The translations under genes and the position numbers were made by a program. From Alphaproteobacteria bacterium (lineage in GTDB: Bacteria > Pseudomonadota > Alphaproteobacteria > JBFXJJ01), in assembly GCA_050175015.1 (NCBI GenBank), contig JBFXJJ010000012.1, positions 22,549 through 86,548 on the forward strand: a stretch of 64,000 nucleotides of DNA, in the 5' to 3' direction. How positions within the stretch are numbered: the stretch's first letter is position 1; each line of letters starts with the position of its first letter. Of this stretch, positions 9,423 through 19,267 are shown piece after piece. The notes beneath the pieces are model-generated. The model was not told where the DNA came from, did not search any database, and worked only from the letters and a program-made list of their open reading frames with translations.

Positions 9423-11255
9423 TTAATGAAAGTGTTTGTAGATAATTTCTGCAATTTTTTTATTTATCCCAGATACTTTAACAAGATCATCAAGGCTGGC
9501 GTCCGCAATAGCCTTAACCGAACCGAAGTGTGCTATTAGAGCTTTCTTCCTTATTTTTCCTATGTTTTTGATGTCTTCAACTGCAGAACGAAGGGTGTCA
9601 TTTTTCTTTTTCTTAGTCATTATTCCTAAGGCGAAATTATGGACTTCCTGCCCTAACATTTGGATAAAATGAAATACAGAACTAAAAGAATCGATAGTTA
9701 CGGTTTGCCCATTTTCTAAAACAAACTTTTCATATTCGTGTTTATCATTTTTTGTTGCTCCTATAACTGTTATGCCTGTTATATTTAAATCAGACAAAAC
9801 AGATAAAGCTGCATTTAATTGCGGTTTACCGCCATCAACAAAAATAACATCCGGCATTTCTGTAATGGGGTGATTTTTTTGAAGAAAGCGCCTCGTTATT
9901 ACTTCTTTCATCATTGCGGGGTCATTTGCAGTAATAGAGCTGTCTTTGATGTAAAACTTTCTTTTGTCTCTTCTTATGATTCCATTTTCATCGGCGGCGA
10001 TTAATGCACCAACGGCGTTTGTGCCGCTTAAATGGCTGTTATCATAAAATTCAATTCTCTTGGGTATATGGACGAGGTTAAAGATTTGAACCAGATTTTT
10101 AAATATCTCTTTTTTAAAATTCTTATCAGAGAGTTTGCGAGCTAAGGCTGTTTGAGCATTTTTAATCACATTTTGAACAATTTTTTGCCGCACTCCTCTT
10201 TGAGGAACCGTAATTGTTACTTTGCTTCCTTTTTGTTTTGAAAAGAATTTTTCATATTCTTCAGGATAAGCGATAGGCATAGATAAAACAATTTCTGAAG
10301 GTGGAAATCGTTCATCATAAAAATGATTTAGAAAGGCCTCCAAAATTTCGCTTAAAGAAAAATCTGAAATGTTGGCAGGGAAATAAGCATAGTTGCCACA
10401 GCTTGTGGCAGCTCGGTAAAAAAACACTTCAATACATACCAAGCTATCTTGCTTGAAAATTCCAATTACATCGGCATCTTTTAAATTAAGAGAAGCTTGA
10501 TTATGGTCTTGAATCAAATTCAACGCCCTTATGCGGTCTCGAAAATTGGCGGCTAGCTCAAAATCATAATTCTTGCTGGCGTCTTCCATTTTTTTGGTAA
10601 GTTCTTTTTGTAAATTTTGGTTTTTGCCAGATAGGAAGTTTTGGGCTTCAAGAACAAGTTCTTGGTAGTTTTCATGAGATATTTTTTCAACGCAGGGAGC
10701 GGAACATCTTTTTATTTGATATAACAAACAAGGTTTAGACCTGCTCTTAAAAACGACATCGGAACAACTTCGCAGTAGAAAAGCCTTTTGCAAAATAGTT
10801 AAAGTCTGGTTTACGGCACTTACGGCGGCAAAAGGTCCAAAATAAACGCCTTTTATATTCTGCCGTCCTCGGTGTTTGGTAATTTTAGGAAAATTATGTT
10901 CCTTATTAATCAATATAAAAGGAAAGCTTTTATCATCACGCAAAAGAATGTTGTATCTAGGCAGCAGCTTTTTAATAAGATCATTTTCTAAAATCAAAGC
11001 TGCAGTTTCATTTTCGGTTACAATTATTTCAATGTCATATGTTTGGGCAATCATTCGTTTTATGCGGGGTGAGAGCGCATTAAATCTAGTGTATGATGTT
11101 AGCCTCTTTTTTAAATTTTTAGCTTTGCCAACATAAAGAACGTCGCCATTTTGATTTAGCATACGGTAAACACCAGGGTTTTCTGGTGCATTTTTTATTT
11201 TTTCTTTAACGCTACGAATTCCTGCGGAGCTAATTTTTGATTCGTTTTTAATCAA
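9423..11255 (-). CDS. uvrC: Excinuclease ABC subunit C
   Basis: GIY-YIG PGVY/YVGKAKNL, PRYNILLRDDK, CSAPC, IEFYDNSH, DGGKPQ, HhH C-terminus; start codon approximate. Confidence 0.95.
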   Translation of the reverse strand: MIKNESKISSAGIRSVKEKIKNAPENPGVYRMLNQNGDVLYVGKAKNLKKRLTSYTRFNALSPRIKRMIAQTYDIEIIVTENETAALILENDLIKKLLPRYNILLRDDKSFPFILINKEHNFPKITKHRGRQNIKGVYFGPFAAVSAVNQTLTILQKAFLLRSCSDVVFKSRSKPCLLYQIKRCSAPCVEKISHENYQELVLEAQNFLSGKNQNLQKELTKKMEDASKNYDFELAANFRDRIRALNLIQDHNQASLNLKDADVIGIFKQDSLVCIEVFFYRAATSCGNYAYFPANISDFSLSEILEAFLNHFYDERFPPSEIVLSMPIAYPEEYEKFFSKQKGSKVTITVPQRGVRQKIVQNVIKNAQTALARKLSDKNFKKEIFKNLVQIFNLVHIPKRIEFYDNSHLSGTNAVGALIAADENGIIRRDKRKFYIKDSSITANDPAMMKEVITRRFLQKNHPITEMPDVIFVDGGKPQLNAALSVLSDLNITGITVIGATKNDKHEYEKFVLENGQTVTIDSFSSVFHFIQMLGQEVHNFALGIMTKKKKNDTLRSAVEDIKNIGKIRKKALIAHFGSVKAIADASLDDLVKVSGINKKIAEIIYKHFH

Positions 11256-11356
11256 GGTTTTTTACAAAATTAAGATTTTTTAAGTGTTAAAATAATATTT
11301 TATATCTTAAAGAAAATTTTTTTAAACAATAAACATAGTCAAGTTAAGCATATGGT

Positions 11357-11365
11357 TGTGGATAA
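11357..11365. promoter_or_regulatory. Consensus DnaA box in AT-rich region upstream of uvrC
   Basis: TGTGGATAA is the reverse complement of TTATCCACA; a degenerate copy (TGTTGAAAA) lies at 11369-11377. Confidence 0.4.
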
Positions 11366-11536
11366 CTTTGTTGAAAATTTTTTTATAAAGACTTTAAGTT
11401 GTTGTATATCCTTTGTTTTTAACTATTTGTTAACCTTTTGGTACACTATATCTAATAGATTGATTATAAACGATATTTTGTAATATTGTTTAGGCTAAAA
11501 TTTAAAAAATTTATTTAATATTGCTTTTTGAATCTA

Positions 11537-11586
11537 AATAAAATAAGGGAGCGTTTTCTTGTGAAAAACTCCCCTATTTATTTTTT
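11537..11586 (-). terminator. Intrinsic terminator of the chemoreceptor gene
   Basis: Inverted repeat AAATAAGGGAG..TTTTC/GAAAA..CTCCCCTATTT with flanking A/T tracts. Confidence 0.65.
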
Positions 11587-11600
11587 GATTCTGTCTTATT

Positions 11601-13544
11601 CTAGTTCATATTTTTTATTTCATTAGCAGTAAGTTCAATACTGCTAACAACTTCTCCAGATTGAGCCGAACTTTGGTTAAAAGCTTCTTCCAAAGAATTA
11701 AAACGCTGTTCAATCGAATGAATATTAAGTTGCAGTTGTTCATAAATTACCGAAACATCATCTAATTTATGGTTGATTGCTTGTTCACTTTCTTTGGTAG
11801 TTTCAATAACTTTCTTTGACTCTCCCGCAAGTTTTCTAACTTCTTCAGCAACAACAGCAAACCCTTTACCAGCATCGCCAGCTCTTGCTGCTTCAATAGT
11901 AGCATTAAGAGCAAGCAAGTTGGTTTGAGCTGCAATATCCACAATTTCTTCAGAAACTCTAGAAAATTCATTAAGATTGATTTTAACACCATCAATAACA
12001 TTGTTAAGATTTCCTGATACGGATAAAATTTCTTCTAAATTTTGCCGTAAACCATCAAAATGTTCGGCATTGCTGCCCGTAATTTGACTTAAATATTTTG
12101 CCTGACCCAAAATATTATCAACATTGTTATTGATTGTTATAAATTTGTTTTTTCTCTCTTCATTAAAAGCTTCAATTTTTTCAATATTCTTAACCAGCTC
12201 ATCATTTTTGGCTAAGATAATATTTTGTTCATATTCCAGCTCTTTTTTATTATAAAACATACAGTTTTCTTTGTGATTTTGACCTTTAAAAACAGCGGTT
12301 GCAAATCTTTTACAGCTGCCATAACCGCAGGCTCCACAATTAATTTCACGGGACTCTTTGGTATCTTTATGTAAACTATTAAAAACTTGATCAAATTCTG
12401 TAGAATTAGGATTAGATATTTTAATTTCACTAGAATGGTCAGAATAACGTCTTAAAAAATCTTCCAATTTTAAGTTCTCTTCACACCATTTTTCCATAGT
12501 ATAAATAGATTCCTTAAAACGCTTTTTTTCGGTTTTATCAATAATCACCTGCTGTTTCATAACATTAGTACGATAATCAATATCGTCAATTTCAATATCG
12601 CGACCCGTGCCTGTACCAAGATTACAGCCTTGCGCACAATTTAAAATATCGACTAAAAGCGGTGTTTTTTTACCTTCTTTAATTCTATCAGCATAGTTAT
12701 CTAAATAGTGATAGGCGTGTTCAAAACCTTCAACCTGTTTTACCCAAGCGCCCGTAACATAATGCTCAACATTTTCCCTAAGACCACCAGGGCGGCTATA
12801 AGTTAAGCCTAGACCACAGGTTGGAATATTATCAAAGTCTTTTTCCTCATATGAGGTTAAGTTGATTTTGTTTTTTTCTAAATATTCGTGAATTTTAGCA
12901 TAAGTAACGTTATATTGCAGAATATTCTTCGTATTAGGATCATTGACTTCATCGTATTTAGCAATGCAAGGAGAAAGAATAGCAATCGGTTCCGAAATAT
13001 CCATATATTTGCGCATATAAACTGCGGTACAGCTTATAGGACTATGAACTGGGGATAACTGAGAAAGAATCTCTGGTTTATATTTTTGAATATAATTAAC
13101 AATCGCAGGGCATGGCTGAGCAATGACCGTTTTCAGTCCTTTAGTTGCAATAGCCTTAAGATAGGCCCAAGTAGTAATGTCAGCGCCAAAGGAAACGTCA
13201 TAAATTACATTAACGCCGATCGACTTTAAATAGCCAAATAATTTCTTATAGTTGCTAAAATTGTGATAAACAGAAGGCGCTGCAACGCAGGAAATGCGTC
13301 TGCCCTTCTTTAGATCATCAAAAAATTCCTCGGTATCGTCAATATAATAGCGAGCTTCGTGATCGCAGACTGCAATACAAGCTCCACATTTAATACATTT
13401 AGTATCATCAACTTTAATGATACTCTTGCCGTTTTCAATGGCGCTGTAGTTGGCTTCAAGCGTCGGACAGGCAGCAATGCACTTGTTGCAGCCTACGCAC
13501 TTTTCAGCGTCAACATTAATAATTTTTTTTAAAGGTTTAAGCAT
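11601..13544 (-). CDS. Sensory [FeFe]-hydrogenase-like methyl-accepting chemotaxis protein (2x[4Fe-4S], H-cluster-like domain, FeS domain, MCP signalling domain)
   Basis: CVGCNKC..CP and CIKCGAC..C; H-cluster-type motifs [23 protein letters not shown]; [10 protein letters not shown]; MCP core [37 protein letters not shown]; AGGAGG RBS. Confidence 0.9.
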   Translation of the reverse strand: MLKPLKKIINVDAEKCVGCNKCIAACPTLEANYSAIENGKSIIKVDDTKCIKCGACIAVCDHEARYYIDDTEEFFDDLKKGRRISCVAAPSVYHNFSNYKKLFGYLKSIGVNVIYDVSFGADITTWAYLKAIATKGLKTVIAQPCPAIVNYIQKYKPEILSQLSPVHSPISCTAVYMRKYMDISEPIAILSPCIAKYDEVNDPNTKNILQYNVTYAKIHEYLEKNKINLTSYEEKDFDNIPTCGLGLTYSRPGGLRENVEHYVTGAWVKQVEGFEHAYHYLDNYADRIKEGKKTPLLVDILNCAQGCNLGTGTGRDIEIDDIDYRTNVMKQQVIIDKTEKKRFKESIYTMEKWCEENLKLEDFLRRYSDHSSEIKISNPNSTEFDQVFNSLHKDTKESREINCGACGYGSCKRFATAVFKGQNHKENCMFYNKKELEYEQNIILAKNDELVKNIEKIEAFNEERKNKFITINNNVDNILGQAKYLSQITGSNAEHFDGLRQNLEEILSVSGNLNNVIDGVKINLNEFSRVSEEIVDIAAQTNLLALNATIEAARAGDAGKGFAVVAEEVRKLAGESKKVIETTKESEQAINHKLDDVSVIYEQLQLNIHSIEQRFNSLEEAFNQSSAQSGEVVSSIELTANEIKNMN

Positions 13545-13547
13545 AAG

Positions 13548-13815
13548 AACACCTCCTAATGTGATAAATATTAGAAAGCCACCGAGCGAACTCGGTGGTC
13601 AGGGTGTTCGAAACCTTATAGAAAGATTAAGGCATAGCTGTCTTTAGCCAAAGCCTGAACATACACAACTATCACCCCGACCAGAAAAGAAAAAGCCGAG
13701 GTTTAACACGTTATCTTTCGGTCTGTGCTTGACCGCTTTCTAAAAGGGGTTTCGAAGCCCCAGTTTGCAAAATCTGCAAACCTTTTTGACACTAAAAGAT
13801 AATTGTGAAAAACAC
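13548..13815 (-). promoter_or_regulatory. Candidate cis-regulatory (riboswitch-like) leader RNA, family not recognised
   Basis: GC-rich multi-hairpin leader; G-U pairs work only on the minus strand; UUCG-capped hairpin at 13579-13598; alternative 11-bp helix 13673-13683 with 13596-13606. Confidence 0.6.
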
Positions 13816-13943
13816 AAGGTTATAATTTGATATTAGGCACAAATTAAGAAAAAACATTTGCATTAAAAGATTATTTTTAGAGCTTTGAGACAAGCGGTTG
13901 AGGTCTTAGTTTTTAGATTATCTCTAAAAGAAAGTCTAGTGTT

Positions 13944-14240
13944 TTATTTACAACAGATATTTTTTAAGGTTTTTATTATGTCTCTGATGTTATCGCCTTT
14001 GAGGCGGTATATTACATTGAGACCATTTTTTTCATACTCAACAAGATCAAGGTTTTTTAGAACGGCTAAATGCTGCGACATTGGAGATAAAGACAATCCA
14101 GAGGCTTCTGCCATCTCAGATACTGTCATTTCCTTACTGCAAAGCATACACAAAATCATAAGCCTTTTTTCGTTATCAAGTGCTTTAATTAAACCCAATG
14201 CTTTTTCAAGGCTTTCCTTTTTAAATGGTAAATCTTCCAT
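13944..14240 (-). CDS. ArsR/SmtB-family repressor, BigR/SqrR-like (probable persulfide sensor)
   Basis: RLMILC (alpha2 Cys), SQHLAVLK HTH, C-terminal Cys pair; start at 14240 preferred because of a GAGGT RBS (track start 14264). Confidence 0.85.
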   Translation of the reverse strand: MEDLPFKKESLEKALGLIKALDNEKRLMILCMLCSKEMTVSEMAEASGLSLSPMSQHLAVLKNLDLVEYEKNGLNVIYRLKGDNIRDIIKTLKNICCK

Positions 14241-14257
14241 ATTATTTTTTTTACCTC

Positions 14258-14305
14258 TTGACATCTTGTTTAGAGTAAACTAAATTAGAATTATCTAAAT
14301 TAGTT
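14258..14305 (+). promoter_or_regulatory. Sigma70 promoter with overlapping ArsR-type operator for the sulfur module
   Basis: TTGACA (14258-14263), 17 bp spacer, TAAATT (14281-14286); 12-4-12 inverted repeat AACTAAATTAGA-ATTA-TCTAAATTAGTT (14278-14305, one mismatch). Confidence 0.65.
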
Positions 14306-14338
14306 ATATCATCTTTATTATAGCAACAGGATAGGGAA

Positions 14339-14989
14339 ATGAGAAAGCAAAAAATGACATCAAGAGAGCTTAGGCAATGGTTTTTTACCCCTTTGTTTAT
14401 ATTGGTTATAGCTCTTGGCTGGAAATACCCATATTTGGGATATATGGCTCCAGTTACTATGGCAGCAGGGTTTGCTGTAAGCTTTTTTAAAGGAAGATAC
14501 ATTTGTGGCAATTACTGCCCTAGAGGGGCTTTTTTTGATAGACTTATGTCTAGGTTGACTTTAAGCCGCCCGATTCCTAAATTCTTAAAAAAGAAATCTT
14601 TTCGTTATGGCGTTGTTGTTTTTATGTTGTCTTTAATGACATATAAAATTGCGATTAATCCTTTTGATGCCAAATATATCGGACTGGTTTTTTGGCAGAT
14701 GTGTTTTGCGACATCTTTACTTGGGGTTACATTAGCCGTGTTGTATAAGCCTAGAACGTGGTGTTCTTTTTGTCCTATGGGAACAATCGAAGCTGCTATT
14801 GGCGGCAACAAACAGCCGATAGTTTCACAAAAAGGGGTTTGCAAATCTTGCGGCTTATGTGAAAAAAGATGTCCTATGGAATTGGAGATAGTTAATAAAG
14901 TAGAAGATGGAACTATCGCCAATCCTGATTGTATTAAATGTGGTGAATGTATCGGCTCTTGTCCGATAAAAACGTTAAGGAGGAAATAA
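14339..14989 (+). CDS. Membrane 4Fe-4S binding protein (NapH/MauN/YccM-like)
   Basis: GRYICGNYCP and RTWCSFCPMG motifs, TM helices, two C-terminal CxxCxxCxxxCP. Confidence 0.85.
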   Translation: MRKQKMTSRELRQWFFTPLFILVIALGWKYPYLGYMAPVTMAAGFAVSFFKGRYICGNYCPRGAFFDRLMSRLTLSRPIPKFLKKKSFRYGVVVFMLSLMTYKIAINPFDAKYIGLVFWQMCFATSLLGVTLAVLYKPRTWCSFCPMGTIEAAIGGNKQPIVSQKGVCKSCGLCEKRCPMELEIVNKVEDGTIANPDCIKCGECIGSCPIKTLRRK

Positions 14990-14990
14990 A

Positions 14991-15521
14991 ATGAGTAAAG
15001 ATTGTCAGTTGTCTTTTCGCAATAAAGCCTGGTCGCCCTATGTCGTCGGGGTTTTAATCGGACTGCTTCAAATTCCAGCTTTTATGCTAATTCATACGGC
15101 GCTTGGAGCATCATCTTCATTTGTTACCGCTGCGGCAGATATTTTAAGAGTGTTTGATCCTGCGGTTGGTGAAATAAAATATGCTGCCAAGCACTTTGAT
15201 GGCGGAAAAAACTTTTGGCAGTTGACTATGGTTATAAGCATTGCCTTAGGCGCATTTATTTCGGCTTATTTTTCTAAATCACTGAAAAAGGAAAATTCGC
15301 CAGTATGGAATAAAGCTCTTAAAAACTATAGCAAAGGCAAAAGATTTTTGATGGCATTTATTGGCGGTTTTGTTGTGCTTATGGGGTCAAGAATTGCCGA
15401 TGGCTGTACGAGTGGACACGGAGTTTCAGGCATAGCTCAACTAGCAATAGGTTCTACCGTTGCAATCGTTTTTATGTTTGTTGGCGGTTTTATAACAGCC
15501 AAATTCTTTAATAAAATATAA
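14991..15521 (+). CDS. YeeE/YedE sulfur-compound transporter subunit
   Basis: WSPY.VG, GSRIADGCTSGHG signature. Confidence 0.88.
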   Translation: MSKDCQLSFRNKAWSPYVVGVLIGLLQIPAFMLIHTALGASSSFVTAAADILRVFDPAVGEIKYAAKHFDGGKNFWQLTMVISIALGAFISAYFSKSLKKENSPVWNKALKNYSKGKRFLMAFIGGFVVLMGSRIADGCTSGHGVSGIAQLAIGSTVAIVFMFVGGFITAKFFNKI

Positions 15522-16105
15522 TGGAGGCAGAAATGACAGTATTTTCATCAATCGTTGTTGGAATTCTAATGGGGATAGCCTTCGGATTCTTAATCGAAAA
15601 AGGGCGTATTTTTGAACCTGGATATATTGTTGGTCAGATGCAGCTGCGTAAGTTTATTATGCTCAAAGTTTTTTTAACCGCTGTAGCAACAGGTTTAATC
15701 GTAATTTCGATAATGTATAGTTTTGGTCTTGTTAAACTCCACCCTAAGGCTTTAATGTGGGGAGCCGATGTTATTGGCGGCTTATTGCTTGGGATAGGTG
15801 TTACGATTGCGGGAGCTTGCCCAGGAACTATTTTAGCTCAAGTCGGCGTTGGTTATAAAGATGCGTGGTTCAGCCTTTTGGGTGGTTTAACAGGAGCTGC
15901 GGTATATATTTATTTAGAGCCAAGTCTGACCCAAACAATATTTTACAAATCATTGGGTAAAATCACGCTGGCAGATTTAACGGGAATACCTTTTGCCGCA
16001 TTAGCTCTGCCGATAGCTGGCGTTATATTTTTAGGACTTTACTTTTTAGAAAAGAAAATTCCTTGGCAGAGTGAAATTGGAGATAATGCTGACGGCGTAT
16101 CATAA
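15521..16105 (+). CDS. YeeE/YedE (DUF6691) sulfur-compound transporter subunit
   Basis: [23 protein letters not shown] signature. Confidence 0.88.
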   Translation: MEAEMTVFSSIVVGILMGIAFGFLIEKGRIFEPGYIVGQMQLRKFIMLKVFLTAVATGLIVISIMYSFGLVKLHPKALMWGADVIGGLLLGIGVTIAGACPGTILAQVGVGYKDAWFSLLGGLTGAAVYIYLEPSLTQTIFYKSLGKITLADLTGIPFAALALPIAGVIFLGLYFLEKKIPWQSEIGDNADGVS

Positions 16106-17971
16106 ATTACGAGGTTGGTGAGCGGGAATAAGCTGGCGTTTTCCCATTCCAATCAAGTCTGTTCTCCCCATATTTCTTAAGGCTTCCCGAAGCATTGGCC
16201 AGTTTTGCGGATCGTGATAACGCAAAAATGCTTTGTGGAGCCTTCTTTGCTTTAATCCTTTAGCAGAAAAAATTAATTTGGCATCTTTCTTTAAGTTTTT
16301 AGCTGGATTATAGCCAGAATAATACATTGTTGAAGAAAGAGACATGGGCGAGGGGATAAAATTTTGAACTTGATCTAGTTTAAAATTATTCTTTTTAAGC
16401 CACAAAGCAAGATTAAGCATATCTTCATCGGTTGTTCCTGGGTGAGCTGCGATAAAGTATGGAATCAGGTAATATTCTTTTCCTGCTTCCTTGGCAAAAG
16501 TTGTGAACATACTTTTAAACTTATCATAGCAGGCAATCCCTGGTTTTAACATTAAAGAAAGCGTGTTTTCTTCGGTATGCTCAGGAGCAATTTTCAGATA
16601 GCCGCCAACGTGATGTCTGACAAGCTCTTTAATATAGGTTGGGCTTTTTACGGCTAAGTCATATCTTATTCCTGATGCGATAAAAATCTTTTTAATCCCA
16701 GAAACCATACGAGCTTTTTTATATAAATTGATTAGATGCGAATGATCAGTATTAAGATTTTTACAAATTTTAGGATAAAGACAGGAAGAACGGCGGCATA
16801 ATTTTCTTGCCCTTTCATTTTTGCAGTAAAGGCGATACATATTGGCAGAAGGACCACCTAAATCAGAGATAATGCCCGTGAATCCGCTAGTCTTATTTTT
16901 TATGTTTTCAATTTCGTTTAAAATCGATTTTTCAGAACGGTTCTGAATAATTCTGCCTTCGTGAGCCGTGATTGAGCAAAAAGCACAGCCGCCAAAACAG
17001 CCCCGCATAATATTAATAGAGAACTTTATCATTTCCCAAGCGGCAATTTTAGCATCTTGATATGATGGGTGCGGCGCCCTAGCGTAAGGCAGGTCAAAAA
17101 CATAATCCATCTCATCGGTTTCAAGAGGAATTGGCGGCGGCGTAATTAGGACATATTTATCACCGTGTTTTTGCAATAAAGATTTTGCGTTATAAGGATT
17201 ACTTTCTAAATGAGTCAGACGTGAAGCTTTAGCGTATAAGAACTTGTCGTTTTTCACGTCATCAAAGGACGGCAGTTCAACAAAACTATTATTATCTTCA
17301 GGCTTTTCAGAAACAATTATCCCTGTTCCTCTAATATCGGCTTTCTTTTTTATATCATGCTTATTGGCTATAAGATGCGCAATTTCGATAATTGCCCGTT
17401 CGGCATTGCCATAAACCAAAATGTCGGCTTTACTGTCAACTAGAATAGACCGTCTAATATTGTCTGACCAATAATCATAATGAGCGGTTCTTCTAAGCGA
17501 AGCCTCGATGCCGCCAAGAACAATAGGAACATCAGAATAAGCTTCACGGCATCTTTGAGCATAAACAATCGTTGCTCTATCTGGTCTTTTTCCGCCTTCG
17601 TTGTTAGGTGTGTAACTATCATCGTGCCGCAGCTTTTTATCAGCTGTATAGCGGTTAACCATAGAGTCCATATTACCTGAGGTTACGCCAAAAAACAGGT
17701 TTGGCTTCCCAAGTTTTTTAAAATCATCGGGATTTTGCCAGTTAGGTTGAGCAATAATTCCAACTCTAAAACCCTGACCTTCCAAAATTCTTCCTATAAT
17801 TGCCATACCAAAGCTTGGGTGATCAACATAAGCATCGCCGCTGATGATAATAATGTCACAGGAATCCCAGCCTAGTTTTTCCATTTCTTCTTTTGACATC
17901 GGAAGAAATGGGGCGGTTCCAAATCGTTTGGCCCAGTATTTTTTATATGAAAAGATTTTTGTTTCTGACAT
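16100..17971 (-). CDS. ygiQ: YgiQ (UPF0313) family radical SAM protein
   Basis: [36 protein letters not shown]. Confidence 0.93.
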   Translation of the reverse strand: MSETKIFSYKKYWAKRFGTAPFLPMSKEEMEKLGWDSCDIIIISGDAYVDHPSFGMAIIGRILEGQGFRVGIIAQPNWQNPDDFKKLGKPNLFFGVTSGNMDSMVNRYTADKKLRHDDSYTPNNEGGKRPDRATIVYAQRCREAYSDVPIVLGGIEASLRRTAHYDYWSDNIRRSILVDSKADILVYGNAERAIIEIAHLIANKHDIKKKADIRGTGIIVSEKPEDNNSFVELPSFDDVKNDKFLYAKASRLTHLESNPYNAKSLLQKHGDKYVLITPPPIPLETDEMDYVFDLPYARAPHPSYQDAKIAAWEMIKFSINIMRGCFGGCAFCSITAHEGRIIQNRSEKSILNEIENIKNKTSGFTGIISDLGGPSANMYRLYCKNERARKLCRRSSCLYPKICKNLNTDHSHLINLYKKARMVSGIKKIFIASGIRYDLAVKSPTYIKELVRHHVGGYLKIAPEHTEENTLSLMLKPGIACYDKFKSMFTTFAKEAGKEYYLIPYFIAAHPGTTDEDMLNLALWLKKNNFKLDQVQNFIPSPMSLSSTMYYSGYNPAKNLKKDAKLIFSAKGLKQRRLHKAFLRYHDPQNWPMLREALRNMGRTDLIGMGKRQLIPAHQPRNL

Positions 17972-18142
17972 TTTGTGATTTTAACTTCTTAATTAATTTT
18001 GTAAGGCATTATGCCCCAAAGATATAAAGCCGTCTAGTCTTTGCTGAATGAGCGTATCTTATTAAAATTATTTACTAAAAGAAAAACTAAAGTATGATTA
18101 AAATAATTTTGGTTATTTAACATAAAATATAAGGATAAAACA

Positions 18143-19111
18143 ATGGCTCAAATTTTTGAAAACAATGCCCAGACAATCGGCAATACTCCCTTAGTAAAAT
18201 TAAACAAATTGAGCAGAGACCTTAAAGCAACGATTGTTGTTAAAGTAGAAGGTCGAAATCCTGCGTACTCTGTTAAATGCCGTGTCGGAGCCGCTCTAAT
18301 TGCGGCAGCAGAAAAAGAAGGCAGGCTGAAACCTGGCAGTAAAGCCGTAACAGTTATTGAACCTACAAGCGGCAATACGGGTATTGGTTTGGCTTATACG
18401 TGTGCGGCTAAAGGCTATCCTTTAATAATTACAATGCCAGAGACTATGTCTATAGAGCGCCGTAAAATGCTTAAAGCCTTTGGAGCAGAGCTTATTCTTA
18501 CCGAAGGTTCTAAAGGTATGAAAGGAGCTATCGCTAAAGCTGAAGAGCTTGCTAATAATTATCCTCAAAAATATTTTATGCCGCAACAGTTCAAAAACCC
18601 TGCCAACCCTGAAATTCACTTTAAGACAACAGCACCTGAAATTTGGCGTGATACTGATGGTAAAATGGATATTTTAGTAGCTGGCATTGGTACTGGCGGT
18701 ACAATTACAGGCATTACTAAATATTTTAAACAGGAAAAAAACACACCAATTTATGCTGTCGGAGTTGAACCATCTGGTTCTGCGGTACTTACTGCTATAA
18801 AAAATGGGAATGAACCTAAAGCAGGAACTCATAAAATTCAAGGCATTGGAGCGGGATTTAAACCTGATGTTCTAGACCTAGATTTGATTGATGAAATTGC
18901 TGCCATTGGTGATGATGATGCTATAAATACCGCTAAAAGAATGCATTTAGAAGAAGGTATTACTTGCGGAATTTCATCTGGAGCAGCGGTTTTTGCGGCT
19001 CTTGAGCTTGCCGCTAAACCAGAAAATGAGGGCAAACTTATTGTTGTCATTCTACCTGATGCTGGAGAGAGGTATCTTTCAAGTGCCTTATTTGAAGGTC
19101 TAGAGCTTTAA
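18143..19111 (+). CDS. cysK: Cysteine synthase A
   Basis: [16 protein letters not shown] (PLP Lys), [25 protein letters not shown]. Confidence 0.96.
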   Translation: MAQIFENNAQTIGNTPLVKLNKLSRDLKATIVVKVEGRNPAYSVKCRVGAALIAAAEKEGRLKPGSKAVTVIEPTSGNTGIGLAYTCAAKGYPLIITMPETMSIERRKMLKAFGAELILTEGSKGMKGAIAKAEELANNYPQKYFMPQQFKNPANPEIHFKTTAPEIWRDTDGKMDILVAGIGTGGTITGITKYFKQEKNTPIYAVGVEPSGSAVLTAIKNGNEPKAGTHKIQGIGAGFKPDVLDLDLIDEIAAIGDDDAINTAKRMHLEEGITCGISSGAAVFAALELAAKPENEGKLIVVILPDAGERYLSSALFEGLEL

Positions 19112-19183
19112 CAGCAAAAAAGTTATTTTAGCTAACTAGAAAAGTATGATTAACTGAATATAACCAAAATAGATAGTTTGAAT

Positions 19184-19249
19184 GGCAGTTTTTTATAACA
19201 TTGCCGTCATAACGCTAGGAGGGATATCCTAGCGTTAATCAAAACTGCC
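19184..19249. terminator. Nested hairpin between convergent cysK and asnS, likely bidirectional terminator
   Basis: Inner stem TAACGCTAGGA/TCCTAGCGTTA (19210-19237); outer stem GGCAGTTTT/AAAACTGCC. Confidence 0.55.
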
Positions 19250-19267
19250 TGCATTTCAATAAGTTAA

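Noticed and set aside
13596-13765. 6S RNA, or a c-di-GMP/SAM riboswitch
   Set aside because: A rod-like fold is possible, but the usual zapA/ygfA context and 6S motifs are missing. Only fragments resemble c-di-GMP-I (GGTCA.GCACAG) or SAM-I (GAAAGATAA), without the conserved cores, so it is left unassigned
13885-14283. 132-aa plus-strand ORF, and similar short antisense or alternate-frame ORFs throughout the track
   Set aside because: They overlap well-supported genes, have no recognisable motifs and show shadow-like composition
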